A stretch of 64,000 nucleotides of DNA, taken from contig JAKSRR010000014.1 of the NCBI GenBank assembly GCA_024403455.1, positions 3,246 to 67,245 of the forward strand. The letters run 5' to 3'. A program made the position numbers and the translations under genes. Of the stretch, positions 46,550 to 56,995 are shown in pieces. The notes under the pieces were generated by a model. That model had not been told where the DNA came from, did no database searches, and saw only the letters and a list, made by a program, of their open reading frames with translations. Numbering within the stretch: the first letter of the stretch is position 1; each line of letters starts with the position of its first letter. The stretch comes from Lachnospiraceae bacterium (GTDB taxonomy: Bacteria > Bacillota > Clostridia > Lachnospirales > Lachnospiraceae).

Positions 46550-48466
46550 GTGACAAATATGACAAAACAAAGAACAATTTTTTCAGGAGTACTTATATCA
46601 TTATGTCTATCTTTAGCGGCATGTGGAAAGACAGATGGCGTGGAAGAAATAGTTGAGGAAATCGTAACAGAGCCTGCAGCAGTAGCTTTTTCAAAGGAAA
46701 GCGGCTGCTATGAGGAAGCGTTTGTATTAACGATAGAAACGCTGGAAGAATGTAGCATTTATTACACGCTAGATGGTTCTGATCCGGAAAGTAGTGCATC
46801 CAGACAAGTATATACCGAAGAAGGAATCTCTATTGCAGACCGTTCAGGAGAGGATAATGTAGTATCTGCCGTTCCCCCTGCTTTATTTGACACAGCTTAT
46901 GTCAAAGCCAATAACCAAACAAAACAATTAGACAGCACATTAAAGGTTCCCGGCAAAGAAGATGTAGATAAATGCACAGTCGTACGCGTCGCAGCTTATG
47001 GAAAGGATGGTTCTTTACAGGGAACGATTGCAGGAACTTATTTTATTGGTTCCATAGAGGAGCATGTAGAAGGTGTCAGTGAGAGCGCGTTGGCAGCAGG
47101 GCAGCCTCTATCCATTATTTCCATAACCATGAATTATGAGGATTTGTTTGATCCTGAGACAGGTATTTATGTGCGTGGAAATATTTTTGATGAAGCTTTG
47201 CAAAAATATATTGCCAGTGGACAGCCCTTTAAGGATGATTGTGGTCGTAAGTTAGAAGCAAACTATAACCAGAGAGGACGGGAATGGGAGAGAACTGCCC
47301 ATGTAGATTTTCTGGAAAGTGACGGCATGCAGACGAAGTGTGTGCTGAGTCAGGATTGCGGCATTCGCATTCAGGGTAATTTCTCCAGGTCAGATTTACA
47401 AAAGGGATTTCGATTATATGCCAGAGAAGATTATGGAAATAAGCGATTTGATTATCCCATTTTTGGCGATGGTTTGAAAAATGATGCCGGAGAGGTGATT
47501 GATTCTTTTAAGACCCTGACGCTTCGTAATGGTGGGAATTGTGCCTTTACCACGAAGTTTAGTGATACCTACTGGCAGTCCATGTTAGGAGAAGTGAATT
47601 GTGAGACATTAACCTCCAGGCCGGCAGTGGTATATATCAATGGAGAGTATTGGGGACTTTATGTGCTGCAGGAGGATTATTCCGCGGCTTACTTTGAAGA
47701 TACACATTTGGTGGATAGCGATAATGTAGCCGTTTATAAAGGTGATGCAGAAAGGTTGGCTTTAGGATATAAGCTAGATGTTGGAAAACTACCAGAAGGT
47801 GAGACATTAGAAACGTATTTCTTATTTGATGTTCTTACATTCTTCCGAACCCATAAGGATCTAAAATCGCAGGAGGATTATGAGGCATTCTGTGAACTTG
47901 TGGATCCAGATTCTGTAAGAGATTATTTTGCTGTGGAGACATGGATTAATAATAAGTGGGATTGGCCGGGAAAGAACTGGTCCATGTGGAGAACCATAGA
48001 ACCGGAAGAAGGAAATCCTTATGGCGACTGCAGATGGAGGCTTATGTTCTACGACCTTGAATTTGGCGGTGTATCTGGAAGAAGTGATGCTTTCACAAAT
48101 ACCATCAAAGAAGATAATTATAAGCCTCACGGACTATTGGACATGGATACAAATAACCCCGCAGTTCTTATGTTTGCTTATTTGATGACTAATGAGGAAT
48201 TCCGTAAGGGTTATGAGAACAGATTATGGGAGTTAAGTGATGGCGTGTTTGCTTATGAAAATGCAAAGAAGACGCTGGATCAATTTGTTGATACCTATAG
48301 CCCCTTATATCCTCAATTCTTTGCACGCTATCAAAATGTAGGAAGCGCAGATGGTGCCGTAAAGGGTGGCTATGCAAGTGCAAAATGTATTGATGACTTC
48401 TTACAGGAGAGGGCGAACAATATCCAGAAGCTAATCGATTATGCAGAGAAGATTGAGGGTGAATGA
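46550..48466 (+). CDS. CotH-kinase-family lipoprotein with N-terminal Fn3-associated domain
   Basis: Lipobox LAAC; IYYTLDGSDP; GREWER, GIRIQGN.SR, YINGEYWGLY, DWPGKN, YDLE. Confidence 0.85.
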   Translation: MTNMTKQRTIFSGVLISLCLSLAACGKTDGVEEIVEEIVTEPAAVAFSKESGCYEEAFVLTIETLEECSIYYTLDGSDPESSASRQVYTEEGISIADRSGEDNVVSAVPPALFDTAYVKANNQTKQLDSTLKVPGKEDVDKCTVVRVAAYGKDGSLQGTIAGTYFIGSIEEHVEGVSESALAAGQPLSIISITMNYEDLFDPETGIYVRGNIFDEALQKYIASGQPFKDDCGRKLEANYNQRGREWERTAHVDFLESDGMQTKCVLSQDCGIRIQGNFSRSDLQKGFRLYAREDYGNKRFDYPIFGDGLKNDAGEVIDSFKTLTLRNGGNCAFTTKFSDTYWQSMLGEVNCETLTSRPAVVYINGEYWGLYVLQEDYSAAYFEDTHLVDSDNVAVYKGDAERLALGYKLDVGKLPEGETLETYFLFDVLTFFRTHKDLKSQEDYEAFCELVDPDSVRDYFAVETWINNKWDWPGKNWSMWRTIEPEEGNPYGDCRWRLMFYDLEFGGVSGRSDAFTNTIKEDNYKPHGLLDMDTNNPAVLMFAYLMTNEEFRKGYENRLWELSDGVFAYENAKKTLDQFVDTYSPLYPQFFARYQNVGSADGAVKGGYASAKCIDDFLQERANNIQKLIDYAEKIEGE

Positions 48467-51171
48467 AAACATTTTTTAAGGCTAGCATATCATCATTCAT
48501 AACCATGTGCGTCATACTGGTCTTAGCAATCATTCTGACAGGAAATAGTCAAAATGAAGAAAAGACCAGTATGGGTAATGTCTTTACAGATAGCAAGGGA
48601 TCCACCATTTACTTGGAACCTGCGCATCTTTCATTTGTTATCAAATCAGAATCCAAAAAGTATTTTGCGGATACAAAGGCAAGAGGTGCCGCAACGTATC
48701 TAAAGGCAAATGGCATTACATTTGCTGCAGAACTTTTAGAAGATATAGATGAAATGGAAATCTATATTGCACCTTTTTCATTAAATGATGTGGGAAGTAT
48801 AGAAGAGGATTATTTAGACTTTCTGGAAAATCGAATGAAAACAGAAGGTGAATATACTCTACTTGGGGCACAGGGACTGGAAACGGTAGAGTTGCAAGAG
48901 AATGTGTTCTATCATATCTATTATTCCTCCAGTGCAAAATCGAATAATGAATATCAATTCGGGTCAGCCTATTTGATGAATGTGGATGACCAATGCATCG
49001 TATTCCATTTCATTCGGTATATGGATAAATCTCCCGTATTTGCCAATGGAAGCCGAGAAATGGATCCTGTGGCAGAACGAATTATGGGCTCTGTTACTTA
49101 TGGTGATGCAACTGGTGGAAGAAAGTTAGAGGAAGGGTTTCTATCTAACCTTCTCACCTTTAGTTTTTCATTGTGGATTTTCTTAATTCCTATCTTTTAT
49201 TTTCTGACCCGCAACGTTTCCGTTGTGACAGAAAGCGGAGAATGGCAGGACGATTTATTAGGAAGAGACAGATCCAGAGCCGTGCTTGGATTATTTGCGG
49301 TTCTTATTGTCTTGCATCATTTGGTGCAGCACGTTGGAGCTGCCAATGCGGGTGTTCTCTCCTTTATGGAAGACGGTGGCGTTTTGTTTGTAGGAGCCTA
49401 CTTCTTTTATTCTGGATTCGGACTATTTTACAGCTACAAAAACAAAAAAGATTATTTAAAAGGATTCATAAAAAAGAGATTACCAGTTGTATTAATTCCC
49501 TTTTATGTAAACACGCTGGTTTATGTTTTATGTAACATACTGGTTGATAAGAAGCCTTTGCAAATAGAAACGATTCTGCAGCTACTTGGAATTCATTTGA
49601 TCAATGATCATATGTGGTACATTGCAGAAATCGTCATCTTGTATTTGGCATTTTGGCTATTTTTCAGGTGGATTAAAAATGAAAAAGTAGCCATGATTGC
49701 AATGACCATTTTTGTGCTGGCGATGATGAATGGAAGTCTTTTCTTAGGTCATGGAAATCATTGGTTTCAAGGCGAATGGTGGTACAACACGACATTTTTA
49801 TTTGTGTTAGGAATGCTTGTAGCCAGAAAAAAAGAGACTTTTCTGCGATTTATAAAACGGCACTATGGAAAGGTGCTTATCGCAACCATTTTGGTATTCA
49901 TTGGACTTTCTAAAGGAAATGCATACATGCTGGAGACAAGAGGATACTGGACCTCCAGCACTATAGATAAATACCTTACGCTAGCTGTGCAGCTTCCCCT
50001 TGTGATTTCTTTTGTAGCACTTACAGCATGGATTTCCATGAAAATCAAATGCGACAATGCGGTGGTGAGATTCTTCGGGAAGATCTCTCTGGAACTATAT
50101 TTGATTCATAACCTTTTTATTCAGCATTTTAGTTTTGTAAGAGGAAAGGGTGTTTATTTCTTCTTAGTATATGTGGCAGCCATTCTGGCAGCAGCATTGT
50201 TACATCGTGTTGATACGATGCTTATTTGCTTGTTTCAAAAAACGCCTCTTCCGGAGAAGCATAAATTATGGCCGGAGGTGAAAGCACTTTTGGCTGGATG
50301 GAAGAAGCAGATTTTATTCTCACTACATGGTATTCGACATAATCCCAAAAGATTTATAAAGACAACCCTGCGAGAAATAATTTCTCTGGTATGGGCGTTG
50401 GTTACACTGGCACCGATTTGTCTGCTGGTAATCAATGCAACCAAGTCACGCATTATTGGCGTTCCTCTTTGGCTTCCGGGAAAGAATTTTTTGAATAATC
50501 TTCATAATATTAATAGTTCATTTTCTGGGCCGGGAGGAAGTATTGTATCCGGTATCGTTAACTCTACTATTGTTGCGACAGCCACATCGTTATTGTCAAC
50601 ATATTTAGGCTCTATGACGGCATATGCATTTGAACGTTATAAGTTTAAGGGAAAAAAGCAGTTGTGGGTTGTGATGATTGGATGTCTTATGATTCCGCAG
50701 TCGGTAGCCTATGTTGGTATCTATAAAGTGGTTGTTCGGTTGGGATTACTAAATCATCTCAGTGTATTAATTCTTCTTGGTTTAGCGAATCCGGCAGCCG
50801 TCTATTTTATAAGAATGTATTTGAAAAATATCAATTTGGTGGAGATTGGAGAAGCCGCCCGCATTGATGGTGCAAAAGAATTTTCCATATTCCACAGGAT
50901 TGTAATTCCTATTATTAAGCCGGCATTTGCATTGCAGGTAACTTTTAGTTTTGTTTCTGCGTGGAATAATGGATTTGCGCAGGATCTATTTTTAATGGGG
51001 TGGAAGAAAAAGACGATAGCATCCTACGTTTCTCTTTTTGCAGGAAGTGCTAGCTTCTCCCCAGAAGAATATGCTCTTATGTTTGTTGCAACTTTACCAC
51101 CGCTGATCGTGTATATCCTTTGTTCTAAATCTATTGTATCTAGTATTACGCTGGGAGCGGTGAAAGAGTAG
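48463..51171 (+). CDS. Acyltransferase-3 fused to a carbohydrate ABC permease (MalG-like) domain
   Basis: LIVLHH, FFYSGFGL, KKRL, WYI..I..LY, GKISLELYLIH; C-term AYAFERYKFKGK, EAARIDGA, AWNN. Confidence 0.8.
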   Translation: MKTFFKASISSFITMCVILVLAIILTGNSQNEEKTSMGNVFTDSKGSTIYLEPAHLSFVIKSESKKYFADTKARGAATYLKANGITFAAELLEDIDEMEIYIAPFSLNDVGSIEEDYLDFLENRMKTEGEYTLLGAQGLETVELQENVFYHIYYSSSAKSNNEYQFGSAYLMNVDDQCIVFHFIRYMDKSPVFANGSREMDPVAERIMGSVTYGDATGGRKLEEGFLSNLLTFSFSLWIFLIPIFYFLTRNVSVVTESGEWQDDLLGRDRSRAVLGLFAVLIVLHHLVQHVGAANAGVLSFMEDGGVLFVGAYFFYSGFGLFYSYKNKKDYLKGFIKKRLPVVLIPFYVNTLVYVLCNILVDKKPLQIETILQLLGIHLINDHMWYIAEIVILYLAFWLFFRWIKNEKVAMIAMTIFVLAMMNGSLFLGHGNHWFQGEWWYNTTFLFVLGMLVARKKETFLRFIKRHYGKVLIATILVFIGLSKGNAYMLETRGYWTSSTIDKYLTLAVQLPLVISFVALTAWISMKIKCDNAVVRFFGKISLELYLIHNLFIQHFSFVRGKGVYFFLVYVAAILAAALLHRVDTMLICLFQKTPLPEKHKLWPEVKALLAGWKKQILFSLHGIRHNPKRFIKTTLREIISLVWALVTLAPICLLVINATKSRIIGVPLWLPGKNFLNNLHNINSSFSGPGGSIVSGIVNSTIVATATSLLSTYLGSMTAYAFERYKFKGKKQLWVVMIGCLMIPQSVAYVGIYKVVVRLGLLNHLSVLILLGLANPAAVYFIRMYLKNINLVEIGEAARIDGAKEFSIFHRIVIPIIKPAFALQVTFSFVSAWNNGFAQDLFLMGWKKKTIASYVSLFAGSASFSPEEYALMFVATLPPLIVYILCSKSIVSSITLGAVKE

Positions 51172-51191
51172 GACTAGTTTCTTCGTCCACG

Positions 51192-51243
51192 AAAGTCCTA
51201 TGACAAATGTTATAATGACTACAAAAGTCCTATGACAAATGTT
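51192..51243 (+). repeat. Perfect 20-bp direct repeat, 32-bp period
   Basis: AAAGTCCTATGACAAATGTT at 51192 and 51224. Confidence 0.8.
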
Positions 51244-51331
51244 GAAGAATAGATGCAGGAAAGTTAAAAAGTGAAATCAAATGCTTTCATTAGTTTCAAA
51301 CATTAAAAAATAAAGTCAGGAAGTAAGAAGT

Positions 51332-52591
51332 ATGTTTTGTAAAAATTGTGGCGTAAAAAACGATGATGACGCAAAATTTTGTATTGCCTGTGGAGGGCCG
51401 ACGGGAATTGTGCCTGTACAGACGGGGATTCCTCAAGGGGAAAATAGTGCAGGAGTAAAACCTAAAAAGAAGAAAGACAAACTTCCGTTTATTATTGCAG
51501 GAGCAGTTCTTTTGGTGGGAATTGCCACCTTTTTGATTATATTCCTTTCCAGTGCAAGTCCAGAGGCAAAAGCAAGGAAGGAACTGAAATTAGCGAATCA
51601 GTATTTGGATGAGATGCAGTACGAGATGGCAATAGCGTCCTACACGAAAGCCATTGAAATCGATCCAAAGAATGTGGAGGCATATGAGGGACTTGCCAAT
51701 ACCTATATTGCGATGGCAGAGGAAGCGTATACTGCTGGAGATGTCGATTTAGCAATCACCTATAATGAAAAGGCGGTGGAGATACTGGCCCAGGGTGAAA
51801 GAGAAACCGAAAATCAAAAACTGGCCACCCTTCGTCGTGATATTGAAGAAAAGTATTTAGTAGCGGAAGAAAGAACAGATAATACCGCGATTAGCGAAGT
51901 GGAAATGGATGCAGAGGAGAATCCAGACGCAAATCAGCCTGCTGTAAGCGACTATGTAGACCCCGAAGAAACACAGGCATACGTGCAGATTTTACAGAAC
52001 GCACTTTATTATGGTGAAATGAATGGAAATCAGTATGGAGATCCCAGTTATGCGGAAGGCTGGTTCTCTATTTATGATATTGATAATGATGGACGGAAAG
52101 AACTGCTTCTTTGTTGGCAGGGAGATTGCATGGCCAATTATGCATCTTATATATGGGGCTATGCGGATGGCAAGACCCATGTGGAACTAACGGAATTCCC
52201 TGCATATACATTTTATGACAATGGCATTATAGAAGTGGGTATATCTCATAACCAGGGACTTGCAGGTTCCTTTTGGCCTTACACGACATATAAATATAAT
52301 GAGAATACAGACACCTTTGATTATTTATGTTTTATGGATGCCTGGGATAGAAACTGGAATGATACAGATTTTAATGGTGAAAAATTCCCAGCAGAGTTTG
52401 ATGAAGATGGTGACGGCTTAATTTATTACATGTATTCTGGAGATTGGTCGAATCCCACGAAGCTTGGCCCTGTTGATTTTTATGTATATGAGTCTTGGAG
52501 AAATGACTACTTAAATGGTGCACATGAAATCGAGATACCATTTACTGTACTGAATGAGGAAAATATAGAAAACCTATTAAAAGACATCTGA
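51332..52591 (+). CDS. Zinc-ribbon, TM, TPR membrane protein
   Basis: MFCKNCG...FCIACG; TM; AIASYTKAIEIDPKNVEAYEGLA; DIDNDG.KELL. Confidence 0.85.
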   Translation: MFCKNCGVKNDDDAKFCIACGGPTGIVPVQTGIPQGENSAGVKPKKKKDKLPFIIAGAVLLVGIATFLIIFLSSASPEAKARKELKLANQYLDEMQYEMAIASYTKAIEIDPKNVEAYEGLANTYIAMAEEAYTAGDVDLAITYNEKAVEILAQGERETENQKLATLRRDIEEKYLVAEERTDNTAISEVEMDAEENPDANQPAVSDYVDPEETQAYVQILQNALYYGEMNGNQYGDPSYAEGWFSIYDIDNDGRKELLLCWQGDCMANYASYIWGYADGKTHVELTEFPAYTFYDNGIIEVGISHNQGLAGSFWPYTTYKYNENTDTFDYLCFMDAWDRNWNDTDFNGEKFPAEFDEDGDGLIYYMYSGDWSNPTKLGPVDFYVYESWRNDYLNGAHEIEIPFTVLNEENIENLLKDI

Positions 52592-52599
52592 TAAAAGAA

Positions 52600-52673
<74 letters not shown>

Positions 52674-52727
52674 AAAAACCTTGTTTATAGTACAATAAAG
52701 TGCATTTATTGTCAATGAAGTGAGGCT

Positions 52728-53831
52728 TTAGGCATTCCTACTCATTACCTGCAATATATGTGCGGCATACATAGAGAAGCCGCTGCGATTTTTCTTAAAT
52801 TCATCGGAAAGCTCAAAGAAAATCTCCTTGGAAGCATAGTCCCTCTTAAAGAAGGGAGTAAATAAAGGTTCCCACTGGGGAAGATAAAAGGACTGTTTTC
52901 TAGTGTAGCAGTTGCTGGCGGTAGCCTGCACTCTGTGTTCTTTATCTACATAGGTGGCAACAGATTTATGCATAGCCATATCTTCTGCAGGCAGATAGTA
53001 GTAGTTCTTGTAGCCAGAGTAGAAGAATTTCATTTCTTCTTCATACAGAGGAATCTTTAAGGAAGCATCTACGCCTTCTCCAGAGAAATAGCATCCCATA
53101 GCATGGAAAGAAATCGGTCTTGGAAGTGCTGCTTCCAGGCGAAGTTTTAAAATGATTTCCTGGCAACGAGTTTTGTCACTATTTAAATAATAGCTAGCCT
53201 TTGCACCCATAACCTTAGGAGCTTTGGTGAAAAGGTCTGTGTAGGAAAGAATGGACAGAAGAGGGAGCATGCCCTTTAAGTCCTCTAGATTATGAAGCAT
53301 AAAAAGCTTATAGGATTCCTCACTGCCGCTGATTACATAATCGTGATAATAACTGATTAATTCTCTGCCAGAAAAAGTATCTTCTCTATAAATTCCTAGG
53401 AACTGCTCAATGGTTTTTTGCTTGCAGTCAAGAAGTCCAAGAATATTCTTATAGGAAACAATTCTCTTATATAAATCAATTCCTTCCAGATTCTTAAAAC
53501 TATCTTCTAAGTCGAAGGTTTCACATTTTGCCTGTAAGAAAGGAATATCAAAACGGTTTCCATTAAAATGAATCAGTACCTTGTATGACTTTACAAAGGT
53601 AAGGAAGGCCTCCAGTATGAGGCACTCTTCTTCGTATTTGTCAGCTAGCCACTGGATGGCATGCCAGGTACCCTCTGCATGATACACTGCACCAATGATG
53701 TAAAGATTGGAAGAACGGGGAGAAAGCCCCGTAGTTTCAATATCTACGAAGAGAATATCATCAAGCGGTGCGATAGATTCTATGGGATAGGAAGGCGAAA
53801 AATCGTCAAAATCCGTAATGATTGTTTTCAT
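52728..53831 (-). CDS. RNase H-like (YprB-type) exonuclease domain protein
   Basis: FVDIETTGLS, HFNGNRFDIPFL, HNLEDL. Confidence 0.88.
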   Translation of the reverse strand: MKTIITDFDDFSPSYPIESIAPLDDILFVDIETTGLSPRSSNLYIIGAVYHAEGTWHAIQWLADKYEEECLILEAFLTFVKSYKVLIHFNGNRFDIPFLQAKCETFDLEDSFKNLEGIDLYKRIVSYKNILGLLDCKQKTIEQFLGIYREDTFSGRELISYYHDYVISGSEESYKLFMLHNLEDLKGMLPLLSILSYTDLFTKAPKVMGAKASYYLNSDKTRCQEIILKLRLEAALPRPISFHAMGCYFSGEGVDASLKIPLYEEEMKFFYSGYKNYYYLPAEDMAMHKSVATYVDKEHRVQATASNCYTRKQSFYLPQWEPLFTPFFKRDYASKEIFFELSDEFKKNRSGFSMYAAHILQVMSRNA

Positions 53832-53943
53832 AAAAAATACCAGTCCTTCTATAAAGGCTTTTCGAGCACCTCTATTTTATCATAATTATCCTCTTTTCTG
53901 TATGGCTGGGTCTGGCCAGATATGGCTAGGTATGGAGATTTTG

Positions 53944-53971
53944 TAAAGTTCTGCTGATGAGGGACCGAAAT
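53944..53971 (+). promoter_or_regulatory. Putative sigma28 (FliA/SigD) promoter
   Basis: TAAA-N16-ACCGAAAT upstream of flagellar genes. Confidence 0.5.
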
Positions 53972-54012
53972 ATCATATAGGAAAAGTTTCACCATCATTA
54001 TGGAGTAGATAT

Positions 54013-56931
54013 ATGCAGATTAGTATTCATCAGACAGCAAAGTCTTTGCAGCAGACAGAAGTACATGAAAGAACCATAGAAAAGCACAGCAAGGAAGTAG
54101 AGAAGAATAACGCCCAAATGAGTTCGGGTGCTATTTTTGCGGGAAGTGCATTACAGGGAATTCTTCCTGAGAAGAATAATGTTTCGGCAGGATTGACCCA
54201 GGAAGACATTATGGGAGCTGTGTCTGCAAAGGATGCCAAGACGACGAAGGATATGATGACCGTTATGGCAGCCAGCGTATCTCCGGAGGAGCTTGGAAAG
54301 CTTGCAGAGAATGGTTTTGATGTTCGTGATTTAGATCCCAGCGAGATGGTAAATATCACTGATGAAATTCGTGCAACCCTTGCGAAAGCTGGAGTGACCA
54401 TTCCTGGATATAATGATGACTTATCGAAAGAAGTATTAACGGAAGTGACAGGTTCTATAGCCGCCGCAGAGGCTTTAGAGGATGCTTTTAAAAAGTATCA
54501 GGTACCTTTTACAGAGGAAAATATGAAGGAAGCTACCGAGGCAGCAGCTTTAGGCAGAAGTATTTCTGATTTATCGCAGGATGCCAAGGCATATCTGATT
54601 GAAAATGAATTGCCTGCCACGTTGGAGAATTTGTATACGGCGCAGCATAGCAGTCAAGGAATGTCTTCTCAGGCACCGCAGAAAGCAGATATTCCTGCGT
54701 CACTGATTGATGAAACATTAGATAAGTACGGATTTGAGAAGACTAAAGAAAACAGGGAGATGGCAGGCTATTTGGTGTCTTCAGGTATTGGCTGTACCGA
54801 GGAGAATCTGTCCTATTATAAGGAATTAAATACGTTAGAATTTCCTTTATCGGAAGCACAGTTATATGAGACCGCTGCCAAGGGATTAAAGGATAAGGGT
54901 GTTGCAAAAGAGGGTGAGACACTGCAACAGGAGACCTTACTGGAAAAGTCCGTAAGGATTGTACAAGAAACAGAACAGCTTACAGAAGCAGCCGTAGAGG
55001 AAGTGGTAGAAAGTGAAAAGCCACTGAATCTTAAAAACCTCTTTGATGCACAGAAAAGTCTTACAGAGGAAGCCCAAGCAAAGCATCCAGAGGAAGGCAA
55101 ATTTGTACAGGCACAGCGTATGCTAGAAGAAGTTCGTCTTTCTTTAACGGTAAGTAGTACCTATACGTTGTTAAAGGTGGGTGTTTCTGTAGATACCTTA
55201 AAATTAAACGCGTTGATAGATGATTTAAAAGCGGTAGAAGAAGGAAAGTCAGAAGCTCTTTTTGCAGATGCAACAGGGGATTCTTATCGTTTGTGGAAAG
55301 AGACAAACGAAGTAGTAAATGCGCTTCCTACCTATCCAGAGGAAACCATCGGGCAGTTAGGAGAAGAAGAGAATCAGAGTGTATTTTCCTATACCAGATT
55401 TAAAATGGTGCAGCTTCACACGGTTTCTGAGGTTGGAAAGAATCTTGCTCTGCAGTATGAAAATGCAGGGCAGCGATATGAATCCATGCAGACCCAGGTG
55501 CGTTCTGATTTGGGAGATCGTATTACAAATGCATTCCGGAATATTCCTGAACTGTTAAAAGAAAATGGTTTTGAAGTAACGCCTGAAAACGAAAAAGCTA
55601 CCCGTATTCTTTCCAGAAATCATATGGAACTTACAGGAGAGAACTTAGAAGCCGTCAAAGAGGCAGATAGACTAATGACCAGAGTAATCGAAAAGATGAC
55701 ACCTGGTGCAGCTCTAAAACTCATCCGTGAGGGGGACAATCCTTTACAGATGTCTTTAGAACAGTTAGAGAAAAAATTGGATGCTATGGGTAAGTTCGAT
55801 GCAGTAGAAGGTTATGCAAGATTTCTGGTTCGTCTGGAAGAAAGAAATGAGATTACAGAAGCAGAGAAAAACTCCTATATCGGTATTTATCGTATGCTTC
55901 ATACCTTAGAGCAGAAGGACAGTGCATCCCTAGGTGCAGTTCTTAATCAGGGGGAAGAACTCACCTTGAAAAATCTTCTTCGTGCAGTTAGGGGAAGAAA
56001 TCATGCTGGTATGGATATACAGGTGGATGATACGGTTGGTTTCTTAGATACCGTGATTACAAAGGGTGTCTCTATTACAGAGCAGTTAGAAACTGCTTTT
56101 GCTGAAAGTGGAAGTAAGGAGCAGCAAAAGCAGGAAGCAGCATTGTTTGCAAGAGAAACCCATGCCCTCATGGAGGAAGCAGCAAAAGTACCAGAGGAAG
56201 CGGTAGAGCTTCTTCATGAAAACAATCTTCCGGAGAACATGAAGAATCTGGCGGCTGCCAAAGACCTAACAGATAAAAAGAACAATAAATTGTTTGGAAA
56301 GTTAAAGGATCTTACTGCAAAGGCAGAGAGAGGAATTGATTTTGATTCTCTTTCAAAAGAGATTTTACGGAATATGGATGATGTTAGCGAAGTAAAGCGT
56401 GCCTATGAAGCATTTTCCTCTACCATGGAAGATGTTCTAATGGATGAAATGATGCACCAGGAAGGACGCGTGGATCTTAAGGCGCTACAGAATGCATTCC
56501 GAGAAATTCAACTGACAGGTCAGCTGGCGCAGCAGGAGCATTATGAAATCCCTATGGAATTAGAAGGGGAGATTACCCAGGTATCCGTACAGTTTAAAAA
56601 GGGTACGGCTGGTGCGGAGATTTCCTACGAAACGAAGAATGGCGAGCACCTGGAAATCAAGCTTCTGGCAGACCACAGACAGGTAAAGGTAAGTGCATTT
56701 GCAGAGAGTGAGGAGTTGGCTGCAAGTCTTGGAGAGAGATTGAAGAACCTTTCTGAGAGTCATCCTACCATTACAGAGGTACAAATTCGAAGAGGACAGG
56801 GCAAAGTGCTAAATAATGCCGGTAATTTTGCCGAAAATAATAGTGAAGGCACTTCCACGGATGGAGATGTGCTTAGTAAGAAAGAATTATATATGACAGC
56901 AAAGGCTGTTTTAGAAGCTATCGCAGGGTAA
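54013..56931 (+). CDS. Large flagellar-associated protein (DUF6240/FliK-like)
   Basis: LEEVRL, YE...T.VR.DLGD.I..AF, YIGIYR.L motifs; upstream of flagellin and fliS. Confidence 0.7.
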   Translation: MQISIHQTAKSLQQTEVHERTIEKHSKEVEKNNAQMSSGAIFAGSALQGILPEKNNVSAGLTQEDIMGAVSAKDAKTTKDMMTVMAASVSPEELGKLAENGFDVRDLDPSEMVNITDEIRATLAKAGVTIPGYNDDLSKEVLTEVTGSIAAAEALEDAFKKYQVPFTEENMKEATEAAALGRSISDLSQDAKAYLIENELPATLENLYTAQHSSQGMSSQAPQKADIPASLIDETLDKYGFEKTKENREMAGYLVSSGIGCTEENLSYYKELNTLEFPLSEAQLYETAAKGLKDKGVAKEGETLQQETLLEKSVRIVQETEQLTEAAVEEVVESEKPLNLKNLFDAQKSLTEEAQAKHPEEGKFVQAQRMLEEVRLSLTVSSTYTLLKVGVSVDTLKLNALIDDLKAVEEGKSEALFADATGDSYRLWKETNEVVNALPTYPEETIGQLGEEENQSVFSYTRFKMVQLHTVSEVGKNLALQYENAGQRYESMQTQVRSDLGDRITNAFRNIPELLKENGFEVTPENEKATRILSRNHMELTGENLEAVKEADRLMTRVIEKMTPGAALKLIREGDNPLQMSLEQLEKKLDAMGKFDAVEGYARFLVRLEERNEITEAEKNSYIGIYRMLHTLEQKDSASLGAVLNQGEELTLKNLLRAVRGRNHAGMDIQVDDTVGFLDTVITKGVSITEQLETAFAESGSKEQQKQEAALFARETHALMEEAAKVPEEAVELLHENNLPENMKNLAAAKDLTDKKNNKLFGKLKDLTAKAERGIDFDSLSKEILRNMDDVSEVKRAYEAFSSTMEDVLMDEMMHQEGRVDLKALQNAFREIQLTGQLAQQEHYEIPMELEGEITQVSVQFKKGTAGAEISYETKNGEHLEIKLLADHRQVKVSAFAESEELAASLGERLKNLSESHPTITEVQIRRGQGKVLNNAGNFAENNSEGTSTDGDVLSKKELYMTAKAVLEAIAG

Positions 56932-56995
56932 ACTCATGGATGAGTCCTGACAATGAGAAAGGAATTCTGCATCTGCAGAAGACAGGGCAACATCT

